Assembly (NCBI GenBank): GCA_034722035.1
Contig: JAYENK010000029.1
Location: 5,739-69,738, forward strand
Source of the DNA: Patescibacteria group bacterium
Lineage (GTDB): Bacteria; Patescibacteriota; Patescibacteriia; Patescibacteriales; UBA12075
Length of the DNA: 64,000 nt
Reading direction: 5' to 3'
A program made the translations under genes and the position numbers. Of this stretch, positions 1 to 10,134 are shown piece by piece (position 1 is the stretch's first letter; the number at the start of each line of letters is the position of its first letter). Below the pieces are notes generated by a model that was not told the DNA's origin, ran no database searches, and saw nothing but the letters and a program-made list of their open reading frames with translations.

Positions 1-1225
1 TTTTTCCCGTGATTGGTGCACGGATACTTAAGTCTCCAGCCTGAATCTGGCTTAGATTTAGCTGGCTCCTAGAGCTATCCAAGGAAATCTGAGCGGAGAT
101 TTTTTGTTGACTTGAGCCTTGTTTGGTGTTTTCCAGCGCTACGAGTGAGTTTTCATAGCTTATCCTTGCTGTGCTTAAGCGATTTTCTGCAGAAAGAATT
201 GCGTTATTTAGGCTACTTTCGTCCTGAGTGTTTATTAGGCTAATATTTTGCAAGGTCTGCATTGTTGCTTTGGCGGTTGATACTGAAATAACCATTGAGC
301 TACGTAGACCAATAAAATTAGATTTTTGCGCATTAAGCCAGGTTTCAGTCAGGTCAAGCCCGGTTACAGTGTTATTTAGAAGATTGATCATGTCACTAAC
401 GGCAATTTCGGTTTTTTCCATAGCACTAACTAGCGCGCTTAGATCATTATCGATAGTATTATTATTTGGAGTAATGTTTTTTATATTATCATAAGCTGTC
501 TTTGCATTTTTATATGAAAGCTTAGCACTGGGCAAAGCGCTTAGATTTTTAGCGCCGATTGAGGGATCAAGTAGGATTGAACCTGGACTTAAAGCAGATT
601 CATCTACTTTGATAATTGTATTTATTTGGTCAAGGGCGCTAAAGACAGAATTAAGATAGCCAAAGTATGAAACCACCGCGTTTGTTTTAGCATCTTCATT
701 TGATTTATCGCGTAAGGCTAGATAGTTGTTCAAATTGTCGCGTGCGCTATTTACTCCGATTTCGGCCGCTTCCACCGAGTCAAGCGCGGCTTGCACGCCT
801 AGCTCCGCTTGGCGAACAGTTTCGTTTGCCAGCCGTTCGCTTGCAATTTGATTGTTTTGCATGTTGGCAAAATTTGTTTCCGCGCTAATCAGATTGGTCA
901 GGGTTAGGCTGTCGGAAAGTGAAGCCAGGGCTTGGTTTTGGAAAACTTTGTCATTAACCGAGAAAAAAATATTCCGCACTGTACCCTTGCTAAGAGCAAC
1001 TACATCTATTCTGGTTTTAGCCTTGACTGTGCCCACAGTCTCAAGTACGGCTTTATCGTGCCCGTTTAATTCCAGCTTTACGGTTTTAACTTTTTGCGCT
1101 ACTTCTTCTTTCTTCTCAGCTTCTATATTATTACCAAGCATTGCTTTGGCGCTTAGTATTAACCCGCCTATAAGTAAAATTCCAATAATTATTATATGCG
1201 GTTTTTTAAGTAAATTTTTTATCAT
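1..1225 (-). CDS. Efflux periplasmic adaptor / membrane-fusion protein (HlyD family). Partial: the C-terminal part runs off the window start.
   Basis: Minus-strand ATG at 1225 (plus 'cat' 1223-1225). Translation MIKNLLKKPHIIIIGILLIGG... gives an N-terminal anchor, a long coiled-coil, and a beta-barrel-type end motif ...LSIRAPITGK. The open frame reaches position 1. The + strand ORFs here are shadows. Confidence 0.6.
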   Translation of the reverse strand, partial: MIKNLLKKPHIIIIGILLIGGLILSAKAMLGNNIEAEKKEEVAQKVKTVKLELNGHDKAVLETVGTVKAKTRIDVVALSKGTVRNIFFSVNDKVFQNQALASLSDSLTLTNLISAETNFANMQNNQIASERLANETVRQAELGVQAALDSVEAAEIGVNSARDNLNNYLALRDKSNEDAKTNAVVSYFGYLNSVFSALDQINTIIKVDESALSPGSILLDPSIGAKNLSALPSAKLSYKNAKTAYDNIKNITPNNNTIDNDLSALVSAMEKTEIAVSDMINLLNNTVTGLDLTETWLNAQKSNFIGLRSSMVISVSTAKATMQTLQNISLINTQDESSLNNAILSAENRLSTARISYENSLVALENTKQGSSQQKISAQISLDSSRSQLNLSQIQAGDLSIRAPITGK

Positions 1226-1332
1226 GTTATTTTTTTATAATTATTTTAACCATTCAATTTAAGCAGAAACAGCCCAAAATGTCAATTAAACTAAATTAGA
1301 CTGATACTAAAAAATGTTGTATAATAATAAAT

Positions 1333-2472
1333 ATGAAAACGGTTTATAAATTATCAGATAGAATATTAATTATTATTGTTGGTTTTGCCACGATATTTGT
1401 TTTGTCATCGATTTTTGTATTGCGCGACTCCATAATAAGTGTTTTGATTTTAGGAGCGATTCTTTATATTTTATCTTTTTTTGCATCTTATTTTATTAGT
1501 CGTAATTTTTCCAAAAGGATAATGGCTTTAACTTTTAAAGTTCAGGAAATGGCGGCTGGAAATCTATCAATGCGCCTTAAGCATAATAGTAAAGATGAAA
1601 TTGGTTATTTGAGCAATTCGATTAATGAGTTGATGGGGCGTTTGCAAACTGGCGTCGCTCAAGATGTTTCTAAACATAGGCAACTCAACAAAGCTAAGAC
1701 TGATTTTGTGGCAATTGCTTCACACCAATTGCGCACACCATTATCAATAATTAAATGGTATGTTGATTATTTGATCTGCGAAGACGCGGGTGAAATTAAT
1801 CCAGAGCAAAAAAAATATCTCAAAGAAGTATATAGGAGCAATGAGCGCTTGATTGAGTTGGTTAACGCTCTTTTGGATGTTTCACGAATTGATGTCGGCA
1901 CTTTTTCAATCGACCCGGAATCGACCGATATAATTGAGCGCGCTGAGGCAGCGATTAAAGTTTTGAGTAGAGAGATTGAAAACAAAAAAATTAATTTGAT
2001 TAAAAAGTACGATAAATTTCCTTTATTAAATTTGGATCCGCGCCTTACAAAAATGGTGTTTCAAAATATTTTATCTAATGCGGTTAAATACACGCCGGAA
2101 GCGGGAATTGTAAAAATAGTTATTAAAAAAATCGAGCGTGATATTTTCATTAAAATTTCTGATTCCGGTTGCGGCATTCCCAGAGAAGAACAGCCAAAAA
2201 TGTTTTCCAAAATGTTTCGCGGACTCAACGCCAAGAAGATTGAATCAATCGGCACCGGCCTGGGGCTCTATATAGTAAAAGCGATTGTAGAGAAATCCGG
2301 AGGGAAAATTTGGTTTCACTCACCATCATTGGAACTTCTCTTGGCTCCGGGAAAAAATGATTCTGACATTCCTCTTGACAAAAGAAATCAAGGAACTACA
2401 ATTAATATAACAATACCGCTCAAGGGAATGAAAAGGAGGGCGGGCACGAAGAAGCTCACAAGTATTTCTTAG
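1333..2472 (+). CDS. Sensor histidine kinase (2 TM + HAMP + HisKA + HATPase_c)
   Basis: H-box IASHQLRTPLSIIKW, N/G boxes (SNAVKYTP, GTGLGLYIVK). The N-terminus has two hydrophobic helices with almost no extracellular loop. Confidence 0.85.
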   Translation: MKTVYKLSDRILIIIVGFATIFVLSSIFVLRDSIISVLILGAILYILSFFASYFISRNFSKRIMALTFKVQEMAAGNLSMRLKHNSKDEIGYLSNSINELMGRLQTGVAQDVSKHRQLNKAKTDFVAIASHQLRTPLSIIKWYVDYLICEDAGEINPEQKKYLKEVYRSNERLIELVNALLDVSRIDVGTFSIDPESTDIIERAEAAIKVLSREIENKKINLIKKYDKFPLLNLDPRLTKMVFQNILSNAVKYTPEAGIVKIVIKKIERDIFIKISDSGCGIPREEQPKMFSKMFRGLNAKKIESIGTGLGLYIVKAIVEKSGGKIWFHSPSLELLLAPGKNDSDIPLDKRNQGTTINITIPLKGMKRRAGTKKLTSIS

Positions 2473-2506
2473 TATTAATTAATGTTTAACATAATTTACT
2501 AATTAT

Positions 2507-2878
2507 ATGTCTAAACCAAAAATTTTAATAGTCGAAGACGAGCTTTCTTTGGTAGAAGCTTTAAATCGCAAATTTAGTCAGGCCGGGTTTGAAATTTTGG
2601 AGGCAAATGACGGTGAAATTGGTCTTAAGACGGCCTTGAAAGAAAAGCCAGACGTGGTAATGCTTGATATTTTAATGCCGAAAATGGATGGAATTGAGGC
2701 TATGAAGCAGATTAGGCAAGATAAAAAATGGGGTAAGCGCGTACCGATTATTATGTTGACTAACGTCAATGATTCAACTACTGTTAGTGAAGCGGCAAAT
2801 TATCAGGTTTTTGATTTTTTGATAAAAACCGATTGGCGCCTAGACGATATTGTGGATCTGGTCAAATCAAAATTATAA
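2507..2878 (+). CDS. Single-domain response regulator (receiver only, CheY-like)
   Basis: KILIVEDE...VVMLDILMPKMDG...IIMLT receiver motifs, 123 aa, no output domain. Lies 35 bp downstream of the kinase. Confidence 0.85.
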   Translation: MSKPKILIVEDELSLVEALNRKFSQAGFEILEANDGEIGLKTALKEKPDVVMLDILMPKMDGIEAMKQIRQDKKWGKRVPIIMLTNVNDSTTVSEAANYQVFDFLIKTDWRLDDIVDLVKSKL

Positions 2879-2988
2879 ATATTTATGTTGTTTGATCCAC
2901 AAAGAGCCGGTTTTAGTTTTGCCAAAATTATTTTCATACAAATCGTAATGCTGGGAACGATTATATTTTTTATAATTAATTTATAATA

Positions 2989-3052
2989 AAAAATACTCGT
3001 TATTTTGTAGAAATGCGATTAATTGCGTTTCTACAAAATAACGAGTATTTTT
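2989..3052. terminator. Bidirectional rho-independent terminator (perfect 25-bp inverted repeat, 14-nt loop)
   Basis: aaaaatactcgttattttgtagaaa / tttctacaaaataacgagtattttt arms with an A-run before and a T-run after. Lies between the convergent receiver gene and rpmB. Confidence 0.6.
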
Positions 3053-3061
3053 TTGTTTATT

Positions 3062-3232
3062 TTAATCTTTTGCCTTTGTTTTTAAACACTTAGTGCAAAT
3101 TGATAATTTTTTGCCGTCAATTTTTTTTGATTGCAAATTTATATTCTGCCTTTTGATAGTTTTAATATTAGAATGAGAACGGCTAGCACCCTTGGTAGAG
3201 CTTCGTCCGCAAAGATTACATTGTTTACTCAT
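3062..3232 (-). CDS. rpmB: 50S ribosomal protein L28 (zinc-ribbon C+ form)
   Basis: Minus translation MSKQCNLCGRSSTKGASRSHSNIKTIKRQNINLQSKKIDGKKLSICTKCLKTKAKD (56 aa, below the ORF-track cutoff). This is the classic L28 N-terminus with CxxC...CxxC. Confidence 0.75.
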   Translation of the reverse strand: MSKQCNLCGRSSTKGASRSHSNIKTIKRQNINLQSKKIDGKKLSICTKCLKTKAKD

Positions 3233-3347
3233 TTTGTTTGTATATTATTTTTTTATTCTTTAATACAGAATTCACTCTAACATGTTTTACAAAAATAATC
3301 AATACTGTTATAGTTTAGGTTATAAATAATTAAATTTATTAATTAAT

Positions 3348-3956
3348 ATGGATTTTAATATAATATTATTTCAGATAGTGACTCTAATTTTTTCTGCGAT
3401 TATTCATGAGTATATGCATGGCTGGATGGCAGACCGACTTGGTGACACTACCGCAAAAGATGCCGGACGCCTAACTCTCAATCCGATTTCACATATCGAT
3501 CCTTTGGGCTCGATTCTACTGCCGGCTCTACTTGTTTTTTCCGGAGCCGGTTTTGTCTTTGGTTGGGCTAAGCCGGTGCCATACAACCCATATAATTTAA
3601 GTGACAAAAAGTACGGTAGCGCTAAGGTAGCGGCTGCCGGGCCATTGGCTAATCTATTTACTGCAATATTTTTTGGTCTTATTTTGCGTTTTTTCCCTTT
3701 TGTCAATGTCGAGCTAAGCACCCTCTTCATTATAATTGTCCAGATTAATATTTTATTAATGGTATTTAATTTGGTACCGATTCCTCCGCTCGACGGTTCT
3801 AAAGTTGTGATGCCATTTCTTCCTTATAACCTACAAGAATCTTACGCTAAACTTGAGCGTTATGGCATGATTTTGGTTTTTGTTTTTATTATGTTCGGCT
3901 TTAATTTAATTATTCCAATAATGAATTTTTTACTTAAGCTGATTATTGGGTTTTGA
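3348..3956 (+). CDS. Peptidase M50 family (site-2 protease-like) membrane metalloprotease
   Basis: HEYMHGWMADRLGD (HExxH) in the first TM helix, multiple TM segments, LDGS motif. Confidence 0.7.
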   Translation: MDFNIILFQIVTLIFSAIIHEYMHGWMADRLGDTTAKDAGRLTLNPISHIDPLGSILLPALLVFSGAGFVFGWAKPVPYNPYNLSDKKYGSAKVAAAGPLANLFTAIFFGLILRFFPFVNVELSTLFIIIVQINILLMVFNLVPIPPLDGSKVVMPFLPYNLQESYAKLERYGMILVFVFIMFGFNLIIPIMNFLLKLIIGF

Positions 3957-4024
3957 TCACTTGACATATTTATAAGTTTTTGATAAATTAAAAGAGCAAA
4001 TAAATACAAAAACATCCTCTGTTT

Positions 4025-4095
4025 AAGGGGGTGATTTTAGTTATCGGCTTCGCCGACCCGCCACTACGAATGCGGGACATGCGAATGTCTGTGAA
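4025..4095 (+). promoter_or_regulatory. GC-rich structured leader element upstream of rpsL (not a tRNA)
   Basis: gggggtgattttagttatcggcttcgccgacccgccactacgaatgcgggacatgcgaatgtc contains the stems cccgc/gcggg and gacat/atgtc. It is a GC island in an AT-rich genome and has no T-loop or acceptor features. Confidence 0.25.
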
Positions 4096-4179
4096 GCTTT
4101 GATTGAATATTATTAGATAAATAAATAATTTATTCGGATGTGCCCTATTTGTAGAGGGGCTTTCCCGAAGGGAAATAAC

Positions 4180-4599
4180 ATGCCTACAGTAAATCAATTG
4201 GTCCGAAAAGGACGAAAACAAATAAAAACCAAAAGTAAATTTCCCGCTTTGCAAACTACTCTGGATACCCTGCATCGAAAACGAACTGAACTTAAACGCG
4301 GAGCGCCTTTTAAACGCGGAGTTTGTCTTAAAGTGACAACTACTACACCGAAAAAACCGAATTCAGCTCTTAGAAAAATTGCTCGTGTACGCTTGTCTAA
4401 CGGTATGGAAGTGACCGCCTATATTCCGGGAATGGGACATAATTTACAAGAGCATTCAATTGTGCTTTTGAAGGGTGGGAGAACAAAAGATCTTCCCGGT
4501 GTTCGCTATAAAATAGTGCGCGGTGTTTATGATACGCAAGGCGTAGAAGGACGTAAACAATCGCGTTCAAGCTATGGTGTTAAAAAAGAGAAAAAATAA
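4180..4599 (+). CDS. rpsL: 30S ribosomal protein S12
   Basis: [13 protein letters not shown]...[10 protein letters not shown]...GHNLQEHS...LPGVRY. A GAAGGG ribosome-binding site precedes it. The track's 4138 start is an upstream in-frame extension. Confidence 0.95.
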   Translation: MPTVNQLVRKGRKQIKTKSKFPALQTTLDTLHRKRTELKRGAPFKRGVCLKVTTTTPKKPNSALRKIARVRLSNGMEVTAYIPGMGHNLQEHSIVLLKGGRTKDLPGVRYKIVRGVYDTQGVEGRKQSRSSYGVKKEKK

Positions 4600-4720
4600 A
4601 GTTTATAAATTCACGAATTAGAACACAAATTCACAAATAATATAAAGAGAAGATTAAATAATTGAGTGCTTTGTGAAGAACTATCTATCTCAGATAGAGT
4701 AATAAAGCGCTAAAAAAGTT

Positions 4721-5188
4721 ATGCGAGGAAAACAAGCTCCAAAAAGAAAAATTGACGGTGATCTTAGGTACAATGACACCGATATAGCCAAATTTATTAA
4801 TTATTTAATGAAAGATGGCAAAAAAGCCACAGCGCAAAAAGTAGTTTATGGTGCTTTTGATATTGTAAAAGAAAAGACCAAACAGGACCCACGCCACGTT
4901 TTCAATAAAGCGCTTAAGCGCATTATGCCACTCTTGGAAGTGCGTGGTCGTAGGATTGGCGGAGCTAATTATCAGATTCCTTATCAAGTGCGAGGAGATC
5001 GACGCTATGTACTTGGTTGTCGTTGGCTAATTGAGGCGGCTAATGATCGCAAAGGAGCACCGATGACAAAAAAATTAGCAGATGAAATTTTGGCCGCAAC
5101 CGAAGGTGAAGGAAATGCTGTTAAAAAACGAGAAACCGTTCAAAAACAAGCTGAGGCCAACAAAGCTTTTGCTCATTTTGCACGATAA
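4721..5188 (+). CDS. rpsG: 30S ribosomal protein S7
   Basis: MRGKQAPKRKIDGDLRYND...MPLLEVRGRRIGGANYQIP. Confidence 0.95.
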   Translation: MRGKQAPKRKIDGDLRYNDTDIAKFINYLMKDGKKATAQKVVYGAFDIVKEKTKQDPRHVFNKALKRIMPLLEVRGRRIGGANYQIPYQVRGDRRYVLGCRWLIEAANDRKGAPMTKKLADEILAATEGEGNAVKKRETVQKQAEANKAFAHFAR

Positions 5189-5196
5189 TTTAAAAC

Positions 5197-5388
5197 ATGA
5201 AGTCCGCTCTTTGTTCGAATCAATCCGGTTCAGCTTTAATTGCTATAATGATAGTGATTATTGTTATAGCGGTCCTTGTTTATGGGAGCGTATTTTTTTT
5301 CAAGAATGATGCGAATGTACATTCACCCAGCGGAGCAATCAAAGCTTTGGATCAAGCGAAAAAAGACATTGAAAGAATTAATCAATAA
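5197..5388 (+). CDS. Small (63 aa) single-TM protein with a pilin-like N-terminus, inserted between rpsG and fusA
   Basis: MKSALCSNQSG|SALIAIMIVIIVIAVLVYG resembles a prepilin leader plus hydrophobic helix but has Ala instead of Glu at +5. Starts 9 bp after the rpsG stop. Confidence 0.4.
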   Translation: MKSALCSNQSGSALIAIMIVIIVIAVLVYGSVFFFKNDANVHSPSGAIKALDQAKKDIERINQ

Positions 5389-5436
5389 GTATGTTTAACA
5401 TTTAATACTAGATATTTTATACTAAATATTAAAAAT

Positions 5437-7530
5437 ATGGCACGAGAATATTTATTGGATAAAATTAGAAATATTGGCATCATGGCACATATTGATGCCG
5501 GTAAAACCACTTTTACCGAGCGGGTGCTTTTTTATACTGGTAAAAAACATAAAATCGGTGAAACTCATGACGGTGCTGCTGATATGGACTGGATGGAGCA
5601 AGAAAAAGAGCGGGGGATTACTATTACTTCGGCCGCGACTACTTGTTTTTGGAAGGATAACCGTGTCAATATCATTGATACTCCCGGACATGTTGACTTT
5701 ACCGTAGAAGTAGAGCGAAGTTTGCGTGTTTTGGACGGCGCTATTGCTGTTTTTGACGGTTCAGCCGGAGTTGAGCCACAAAGTGAGACAGTTTGGCGAC
5801 AGGCTGATAAATATAGGGTGCCGCGCCTTTGTTTTGTGAATAAAATGGACAAGATGGGCGCCGATTTCAAGATGTCAATGGATTCAATCCATGAGCGTCT
5901 TAGCACTAAGGCAGTTGCTTTTCAGCTTCCAATCGGAGCAGAGGATGATATGCGCGGCGTAGTTGATCTCTTAACCGAGAAAGCCTACGAATTTAAGGGT
6001 AGTTTTGGTGAGAAGATTAATGAAATTGATGTTCCTGCCGACATGAAAACTGATATCAAAGAGTTTCGTTCAAAAATGATTGAACGAATTGTTGAATCAG
6101 ACGAAAATACAATGGAAAAATATCTTGGTGGTGAGGACATTAGTATTGAAGAGTTAAAAATGGCTACTAGAAAGGGCGTTATTGCCAATGAATTATTCCC
6201 GGTTTTTGTTGGAACAGCCTTACAAAATATTGGCGTGCAACTTGTTTTGGATGCGGTAGTAGATTATTTGCCGTCTCCGTTAGATGTGCCGGCACTTGAA
6301 GGTTCTGCTGTTGATGATGAAGAGAAAAAGATTGAAATTAAGACTGACGATGACGGATCTTTTACGGCTTTGGCCTTTAAAGTGGCGACTGATCCTTTTG
6401 TGGGAAAACTTTGTTTTATTAGGGTCTACCGAGGAACACTGCAGTCCGGTTCATATATTGTTAATGCTTCAACCGGCAAAAAAGAAAGAATTGGACGAAT
6501 TATGCGCATGCACGCGAATCATAGGGAAGAAGTAAAAGAAATTTATGCCGGCGATATTGCGGCTGTAATCGGATTAAAAGCCACTATTACCGGGAATACT
6601 TTGTGTGCTGAAGGAGAGGAACTTTTGCTGGAGACAATTATATTTCCCGAGCCGGTTATCAAAATTGCGGTTGAGCCAAAGACCAAAGCTGATCAAGAAA
6701 AAATGGGCATTGCCTTACAGCGTTTAGCTGAAGAAGATCCAACTTTTCGTATTGAAACGGATGAAGAAACCAATCAAACACTTATTTCCGGTATGGGCGA
6801 ATTACATTTAGATATTATTATTGACAGAATGAAGCGTGAATTTAAAGTTGAGGCTAATGTTGGACAACCTCAAGTGAGTTATCGTGAAACCATTAGAGAA
6901 AAAACCGAATATGAAAGTAAATATATTAAACAATCTGGTGGACGGGGCCAATATGGCCACTGCTGGCTTCGAGTAGAACCGCAGGAAAAAGAACTTGAAT
7001 CTGAGTTTGTAGACGAAATTAAAGGCGGAGTAATTCCAAAGGAATATATTCCGGCGATACAAAAGGGCGTGATTGAAGCGAGCGAGCAAGGCGTTTTAGC
7101 CGGTTTCCCCTTAGTTGGCATCAAGACAACCGTTTTTGACGGCTCTTATCATGACGTTGATTCGTCTGAAGCAGCTTTTAAGATGGCGGCTATTCTTGGG
7201 TTCAAAGAGGCTTGTCGTCGAGCTAAGGTGATTTTACTTGAGCCGATTATGAAAGTGGAAGTAGTGACTCCGGAGGAGTATATGGGTAATATCGTTGGAG
7301 ATTTACACTCAAAGCGCGGGCAAATCGGACAAATGATTGACAGAGGTAAGGCAAAAGTGATTGACGCGATGGTACCGCTTAGAGAAATGTTTGGCTATGC
7401 CACTCAGCTTCGTTCTATGAGCCAGGGTCGAGCTAATTATAGCATGGGATTTGATCATTATTCAGAAACACCAAAAAGCGTATCCGAAGAAATAATCGGA
7501 GACAAGGCCAAGGAAAAGGTATCGAATTAG
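5437..7530 (+). CDS. fusA: Elongation factor G
   Basis: [15 protein letters not shown]...DTPGHVDF...NKMDK; 697 aa, full EF-G domain set. Confidence 0.97.
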   Translation: MAREYLLDKIRNIGIMAHIDAGKTTFTERVLFYTGKKHKIGETHDGAADMDWMEQEKERGITITSAATTCFWKDNRVNIIDTPGHVDFTVEVERSLRVLDGAIAVFDGSAGVEPQSETVWRQADKYRVPRLCFVNKMDKMGADFKMSMDSIHERLSTKAVAFQLPIGAEDDMRGVVDLLTEKAYEFKGSFGEKINEIDVPADMKTDIKEFRSKMIERIVESDENTMEKYLGGEDISIEELKMATRKGVIANELFPVFVGTALQNIGVQLVLDAVVDYLPSPLDVPALEGSAVDDEEKKIEIKTDDDGSFTALAFKVATDPFVGKLCFIRVYRGTLQSGSYIVNASTGKKERIGRIMRMHANHREEVKEIYAGDIAAVIGLKATITGNTLCAEGEELLLETIIFPEPVIKIAVEPKTKADQEKMGIALQRLAEEDPTFRIETDEETNQTLISGMGELHLDIIIDRMKREFKVEANVGQPQVSYRETIREKTEYESKYIKQSGGRGQYGHCWLRVEPQEKELESEFVDEIKGGVIPKEYIPAIQKGVIEASEQGVLAGFPLVGIKTTVFDGSYHDVDSSEAAFKMAAILGFKEACRRAKVILLEPIMKVEVVTPEEYMGNIVGDLHSKRGQIGQMIDRGKAKVIDAMVPLREMFGYATQLRSMSQGRANYSMGFDHYSETPKSVSEEIIGDKAKEKVSN

Positions 7531-7611
7531 CAATATTATTTATACAGAGATATTAGATTGACGAATATGATTTTATCCTATATAATACAAAAGTAATAAT
7601 TTGATATAAAT

Positions 7612-8088
7612 ATGGAAAATCAGTTGCAAAAAGCTTTAAGTTTAAGCAAAAAAACCGGAGATATATTGCTCGTATTTAATGCGAGTGGGGATACCGATCC
7701 CTTTGTATTGATGGACTTGGATGCGTATGAAAAAATTATTATTGGTAAAAGCGAGGTACGCGGGCTTTCTGAGGACGAATTATTAGACAAGATAAACCGT
7801 GATATTGCGATTTGGCGCAGTGAAAATAATAGTGTTGAAACGAACAGCAAACGTAATATTAGTGATTTTGAAACAAAATCATTTGTGCCGGTGGGTGATG
7901 TAATCGATGAACGCTGGGGCGATGATTTTGATGATAGTGCAGACGATGAATTTGGGGATATGTTTGATGACAATGATTTGGATGATAAAGAAAAGGACAA
8001 TAAAAACCCCTGGAAGATTCCCAGCGAACGCAAGCAAGCAGCCGAAGAGATTGTTGACGAAGATTTGCAATATTTAGAAAAAATTTAG
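7612..8088 (+). CDS. Hypothetical acidic protein (158 aa) inserted between fusA and tuf
   Basis: The N-terminal about 45 aa are weakly Phd/YefM-like (KTGDILLVFNASGDTDPFVLMDLDAYEKII). The C-terminus is a strongly acidic D/E-rich tail. Confidence 0.45.
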   Translation: MENQLQKALSLSKKTGDILLVFNASGDTDPFVLMDLDAYEKIIIGKSEVRGLSEDELLDKINRDIAIWRSENNSVETNSKRNISDFETKSFVPVGDVIDERWGDDFDDSADDEFGDMFDDNDLDDKEKDNKNPWKIPSERKQAAEEIVDEDLQYLEKI

Positions 8089-8255
8089 ATATAAAACTTA
8101 AAACAAAAATAATTTAATTAATAAATTTAATTCTGTACGGCTGGTTCCCCATTATTCGTCTTGTCGTTTGTGAACGACGAGATTTCACGAGTGACGGGGT
8201 AAAAACTCCGAGGTTATTTAAAAATAATAATTTTTTGGGGGCCGTGCCAATTTAC

Positions 8256-9443
8256 ATGGCAGAAAAATTTGAACGCACAAAGCCCCATGTAAACGTTGGT
8301 ACTATTGGCCACGTTGATCATGGGAAGACAACATTAACCGCTGCTATCTTAAAAGTGTTAGCGGCAAAAGGACTAAGCGCTTCCAATAAGGAGCTTGATC
8401 AAATTGATGCGGCACCGGAAGAAAAGGAGCGTGGTATTACCATTGCGACCGCTCATGTTGAGTATGAAACCGAAAAACGGCATTATGCCCACGTTGATTG
8501 TCCAGGGCACGCCGATTATGTTAAAAATATGATTACAGGAGCCGCTCAAATGGATGGATCCATTTTAGTGGTAGCTGCAACTGACGGTCCAATGCCTCAA
8601 ACCAGAGAACATATTCTTTTGGCCAATCAGGTTGGTGTAAAAAATATAGTTGTATTTTTAAATAAATGCGATATGGTTGAGGATAAAGAATTAATTGATT
8701 TGGTTGAAGAAGAAGTTCGTGATCTTCTTAAGAAATATGATTTTGACGGAGACAATATTAAAATTATTCGCGGGAGTGCCTTAAAAGCTTTGGAAGGTCC
8801 AGAAGGGGACGATGCTAATTCGGTAATGGAACTTATGACAGCGCTTGATGAAACTATTCCCGAACCAAAACGCGATGTTGACCAAACTTTCTTGCTTCCG
8901 ATTGAAGATGTATTTTCAATTGAAGGACGAGGAACTGTGGTTACCGGCCGTATCGAGCGTGGTAAGATAAAAGTTGGTGAAGAAATTGAAATTGTTGGTT
9001 TAAAAGACACTGCCAAAACTACCGTTACTGGCGTTGAAATGTTTAACAAACAATTAGATGAAGGTTTGGCTGGAGACAATGCTGGTATTCTACTTCGTGG
9101 TACCAAAAAAGATGAGGTTGAACGTGGCCAGGTTTTAGCTAAACCAGGTTCAATTACTCCTCATACTGAATTTGAAACAGAGGTTTATATTTTGTCAAAA
9201 GATGAGGGGGGGCGCCACAAACCATTTTTCAAAGGCTATAAACCACAGTTTTATATCCGTACTACCGACGTAACCGGTGAAATTGAATTGCCGGAAGGAA
9301 CTGAAATGGTAATGCCGGGCGACACGGTTAATTTAAAAGTTAAATTAATTAGTCCGATTGCCTTGGAAGAAAAAATGAAATTTGCTATCCGTGAAGGCGG
9401 ACGCACGGTTGGCGCCGGTGTAGTTGTTAAAATTATCAAATAG
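8256..9443 (+). CDS. tuf: Elongation factor Tu
   Basis: [27 protein letters not shown]...DCPGHADY...NKCD. The track's ORF start 8235 is a TTG; the ATG at 8256 matches the canonical EF-Tu N-terminus. Confidence 0.97.
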   Translation: MAEKFERTKPHVNVGTIGHVDHGKTTLTAAILKVLAAKGLSASNKELDQIDAAPEEKERGITIATAHVEYETEKRHYAHVDCPGHADYVKNMITGAAQMDGSILVVAATDGPMPQTREHILLANQVGVKNIVVFLNKCDMVEDKELIDLVEEEVRDLLKKYDFDGDNIKIIRGSALKALEGPEGDDANSVMELMTALDETIPEPKRDVDQTFLLPIEDVFSIEGRGTVVTGRIERGKIKVGEEIEIVGLKDTAKTTVTGVEMFNKQLDEGLAGDNAGILLRGTKKDEVERGQVLAKPGSITPHTEFETEVYILSKDEGGRHKPFFKGYKPQFYIRTTDVTGEIELPEGTEMVMPGDTVNLKVKLISPIALEEKMKFAIREGGRTVGAGVVVKIIK

Positions 9444-9456
9444 GCTGATATTTAAT

Positions 9457-9478
9457 CCTGTCATTTGCGAATGACAGG
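9457..9478 (+). promoter_or_regulatory. Perfect hairpin / palindrome in the rpsJ leader
   Basis: cctgtcatt-tgcg-aatgacagg, a 9-bp stem. Contains the TGCGAATG motif seen in other leaders. Confidence 0.35.
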
Positions 9479-9509
9479 ACAATAATATTTGTTTAATTAA
9501 TTTATTATA

Positions 9510-9848
9510 ATGACAGACGACAAAAAAACCGAGGCACCGAGTTTTAATCAAAAAATCAGGATCAAAATTAAAGCTTTTGATCACAAGATTATTGATCAAT
9601 CAACCCGTACTATTATTGATACGGCGAATAGAAGTGGAGCTAGCGTATTTGGACCGATTCCACTTCCGACTGAAAAAAAGAAGTATACGGTTAATCGTTC
9701 TACTTTTGTACACAAAAACGCGCGTGATCAATATGAAATGAGAACGCATAAAAGATTGATTGACATTATTGATCCTTCAGCTAAAACAATCGAAGATTTG
9801 ACTAGTTTAAATTTACCGGCTGGAGTTGATGTTGAGATTAAAATGTAG
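9510..9848 (+). CDS. rpsJ: 30S ribosomal protein S10
   Basis: [41 protein letters not shown]...[10 protein letters not shown]. Confidence 0.95.
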   Translation: MTDDKKTEAPSFNQKIRIKIKAFDHKIIDQSTRTIIDTANRSGASVFGPIPLPTEKKKYTVNRSTFVHKNARDQYEMRTHKRLIDIIDPSAKTIEDLTSLNLPAGVDVEIKM

Positions 9849-10134
9849 TTTTTACACTTCGTGTAAGCCCATCTACGCCTGCCCGCATTGGGAGGGAACA
9901 GGGCACATGTGAATAGACAAGGGACTTGCTTTTTTTATAGAAATAGTATATAGTGATTTTAGCATATTTTTATGTTAATTATTATATAATAAAATTTGTT
10001 TTAATAACTCTTGATATAAGAAAGTATTAAAATAGAAATTATTATAAAAGAAAGGAATTCACGATAAAAATTTAAATCATCCAAAAGAAATAGGCTGGTT
10101 TTTTGTTCGTGCAAGACCAGTATTTTTTATTTTT

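Noticed and set aside
228-1262. Three + strand ORFs (228..494, 700..888, 852..1262) in the first 1.3 kb
   Set aside because: Their low-complexity, hydrophobic translations look like shadow ORFs on the strand opposite the long minus-strand HlyD-family adaptor gene, which has a convincing N-terminal anchor and a beta-barrel end motif.
8235-8255. TTG start for tuf at 8235 (MGAVPIYM...) as given by the ORF track
   Set aside because: The canonical EF-Tu N-terminus [13 protein letters not shown] begins at the ATG at 8256. The upstream extension has no counterpart in EF-Tu.
4025-9925. GC-rich intergenic islands (4025-4095, 8130-8215, 9865-9925, 23618-23690) as tRNA genes
   Set aside because: None can be folded into a cloverleaf with a GTTC-type T-arm and a 7-bp acceptor stem. 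They are treated as leader, terminator or other structured elements instead.
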